A stretch of 64,000 nt of DNA from Pavona decussata. Taxonomy: Eukaryota. The DNA is taken from the NCBI GenBank assembly GCA_977016875.1, contig CDRNST010000188.1, positions 2,232,001 to 2,296,000 of the forward strand, written 5' to 3'. Under the pieces are notes generated by a model. The model was not told the DNA's origin. It ran no database searches and saw only the letters and a program-made list of their open reading frames with translations. Position numbers and translations under genes: made by a program. Positions 61,683 through 64,000 of the stretch are shown one piece after another (the first letter of the stretch is position 1; each line of letters opens with the position of its first letter).

Positions 61683-64000
61683 TTAATGCATACCTCGTGA
61701 AATTTCACAGGACACCACGTTTCGGGACAACACTAGCAGTGTTCGAATAAGTGATGTTTACTCCGAAGTTGAGCTTATCTTAGCGCGCGCGTGATTCTTT
61801 CCTCCGCTCTATTTCTGTGTAGACCATTATAGACTTGCCGCAAGTCGTCTTCTTATGCACCGAAAGAGTGACCAACAAGGCGACGGAGTCGTGAGCCGAG
61901 CGCCTGACTGGACTCCCACGAAAACGGGCTTTGACAATGTCTAACCTTTCCCATCTCAGTGGGAAATTGGCCGGTGCATAGCCGGTGCTAACCAATGACG
62001 AGATCCGCATGGGCTCTCTTAACATACTGCAATACTGACAAGGTGAGAAAAGCAGACCGTGGGATAGGCAAGTCGGAGTCCATAGCTTTATTGCGACAAA
62101 CCGGTGTACTGATTCCATTGGGCTCTTGAATTGGTAAGTACACCTTAATTTTGTCATATACGCTGGCCTCCTCTGTAACTGATTTGCGAACAATGGGCCA
62201 ATTTAGTTTGGAAACAGAGCAATCCAAACGTAGCCTGGACCCACGCAGTCGTCATTTTAGGGGACATCGCTGGTGCTTTGAACTTTGAACTAATCACTAC
62301 ATAAATCAATAAGTGAGCTTAGCAATCTTTTGGATAGGTATATGCCGTGACCCGGAAGCTTCCGAGGCGACACCAAAAACAGTACCAGAAACTGCAAGCA
62401 TTGGATCGAGCCCGAGGGGATAGGGGAGGGGGGAGGGGGTTTCTACTCATAGTACACAGTATGTGTGAAACGATAGTAAGAGTTAAAATTTAGGTGTGAA
62501 AGGCTCGACCACAAAAAAATATAGGAGCCTCTTTGGCTCGTCCTTTTGCACAGTTCAGATTCAGAACATAAAATAACTTTATTATATCACACCAGGAGCT
62601 ACATTTAGGTCTATAGACGCACTAAATTCGTACTTGGCATCTACAGACGTCATCCCTATTAGGTCTCAGCTCAAACGCTCATTGGAAAATGCGAGCGGAC
62701 GAACTTTGATGATGGACAAGGGGTGGCTCCTGTCAGGTACATGCCAAGAAATAACAGCACATGAGACAGGCGCACTGTTTCGCGCAATACGTTCAATAGA
62801 CACGCTGCGTCGCCAGCTCTCTAGTGATAAACATTGTGATGTCGCAGCACACCGTTGATGTGCTAAACGAACTTAAAAAGGAGTTTGCATTGACTGTGAA
62901 GAAAGCAAAGGTAAACAGCTTTACATCGTCATGGAAGGCCCACATACCGGCGCTCTATCAACCAAGATGCTGCAAGGGTCGACGTCCTAGAGCGACCTGA
63001 AGAGTTAACAGTTTTGGTTGTCCGAAAACCAAAGTGCGCGATTCAGTATACAAGGTTTATTCCTTCGCATGTCAGCATAGCTCAAATCCTATCTAGAACT
63101 CCTTTTTTTTTTTTTTTTTTTGTCTTCTGGTGACGGAGAGGGGGAGGGAATCCCCCTCCATAACTTCACAAGTATAAAAGGCAAGGCAATGTCGGCTATG
63201 AGACTCCGAGGAGAGATCGTACGTTCAAGCATGTCTCCTCTGGGGTCCGCAACGGGGAATGATGAAGTCACATGACAGCTAGACGTGTTGGAAGCGGTTG
63301 TCATGTGGCCGACACCAGCACTCCCTAGAGCGCGAGACGAGAAGTCCTTTGACAGAGCTTCAGTCGACTATGCGGAGAAGCTTGCGGGACAAACCACGCT
63401 GTTACCAGTGGTCAGCATAGTCAGTAAGAGAGCAACAGACTAGATATGGTAGGGATACTCAAGTCAAGTGCGTTACGAAGGACTCGGTTCTAGTTCAGAA
63501 GTCCTATTTGACATCAAACCGGAAGTAAAGCAGACCCTGTATGCGACACTTGCAGTGGCTACATCGTGAAACAAACCATTATTTAATTTATTACAATGTA
63601 TTGCTGTGACAAATGATCCAGTTTAAGATCAATGATCGATGTGTGCTGAAGTAGCTAGCAACCTTAACAGCAGGTTTCTTCTTGCACCTTGCCTCGAAGA
63701 AAGCACTGGTGGATGATGCACGCGCTCACCCCACCCCCGCCCCACCCCTATTTTCATTTACCATTAGGAAATTTGTATTTCCTTTAGCATTGACCTCTCA
63801 GCTGTAACAATTCGATGGAAAAAGCCATACATCGACAAACTGCATTCTCTTTGTCAAGGATGAGCATGTCAGTAGTGAGGAGTGATTTTTTTCTGGCTGA
63901 TAACATTGTTTTGTCTCATCCTCAAGAGAACATTCAGGGATGAGACCGTACTGACTTTTGCACGAAGGCGAAAACCAAGGTGTTAATACTTAGTGGTTCT

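Noticed and set aside
1-64000. CRISPR arrays, operons, rRNA or other prokaryotic systems
   Set aside because: No short repeat-spacer arrays or dense intact ORFs; the content is eukaryotic introns and transposons

Overview
AT-rich, repeat-dense eukaryotic DNA. The repeat families and spliceosomal introns suggest an invertebrate, probably a cnidarian/coral; this is inference only. The ORF track is almost entirely decayed transposon debris and misses the real host gene. That gene is on the minus strand and is built from an array of 72-bp, phase-2/phase-2 exons, each encoding exactly one 24-aa typical-class leucine-rich repeat. There are 15 intact exons (360 aa) plus one 71-bp dead exon between 2580 and 56205. 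N- and C-terminal exons were not found in the window. The array has grown by nested duplications: single-exon units, an older three-exon unit, and a very recent head-to-tail triplication of a ~10.85-kb block (12695-45241). Each copy of that block carries three LRR exons. The introns are filled with BEL/Pao LTR retrotransposons, CR1/L2 and L1/Tx1 LINE fragments, Penelope-like fragments, TTAA-flanked Kolobok-type DNA transposons (one with THAP and KolX remnants) and MITEs. There is a 128-N assembly gap at 45761-45888.
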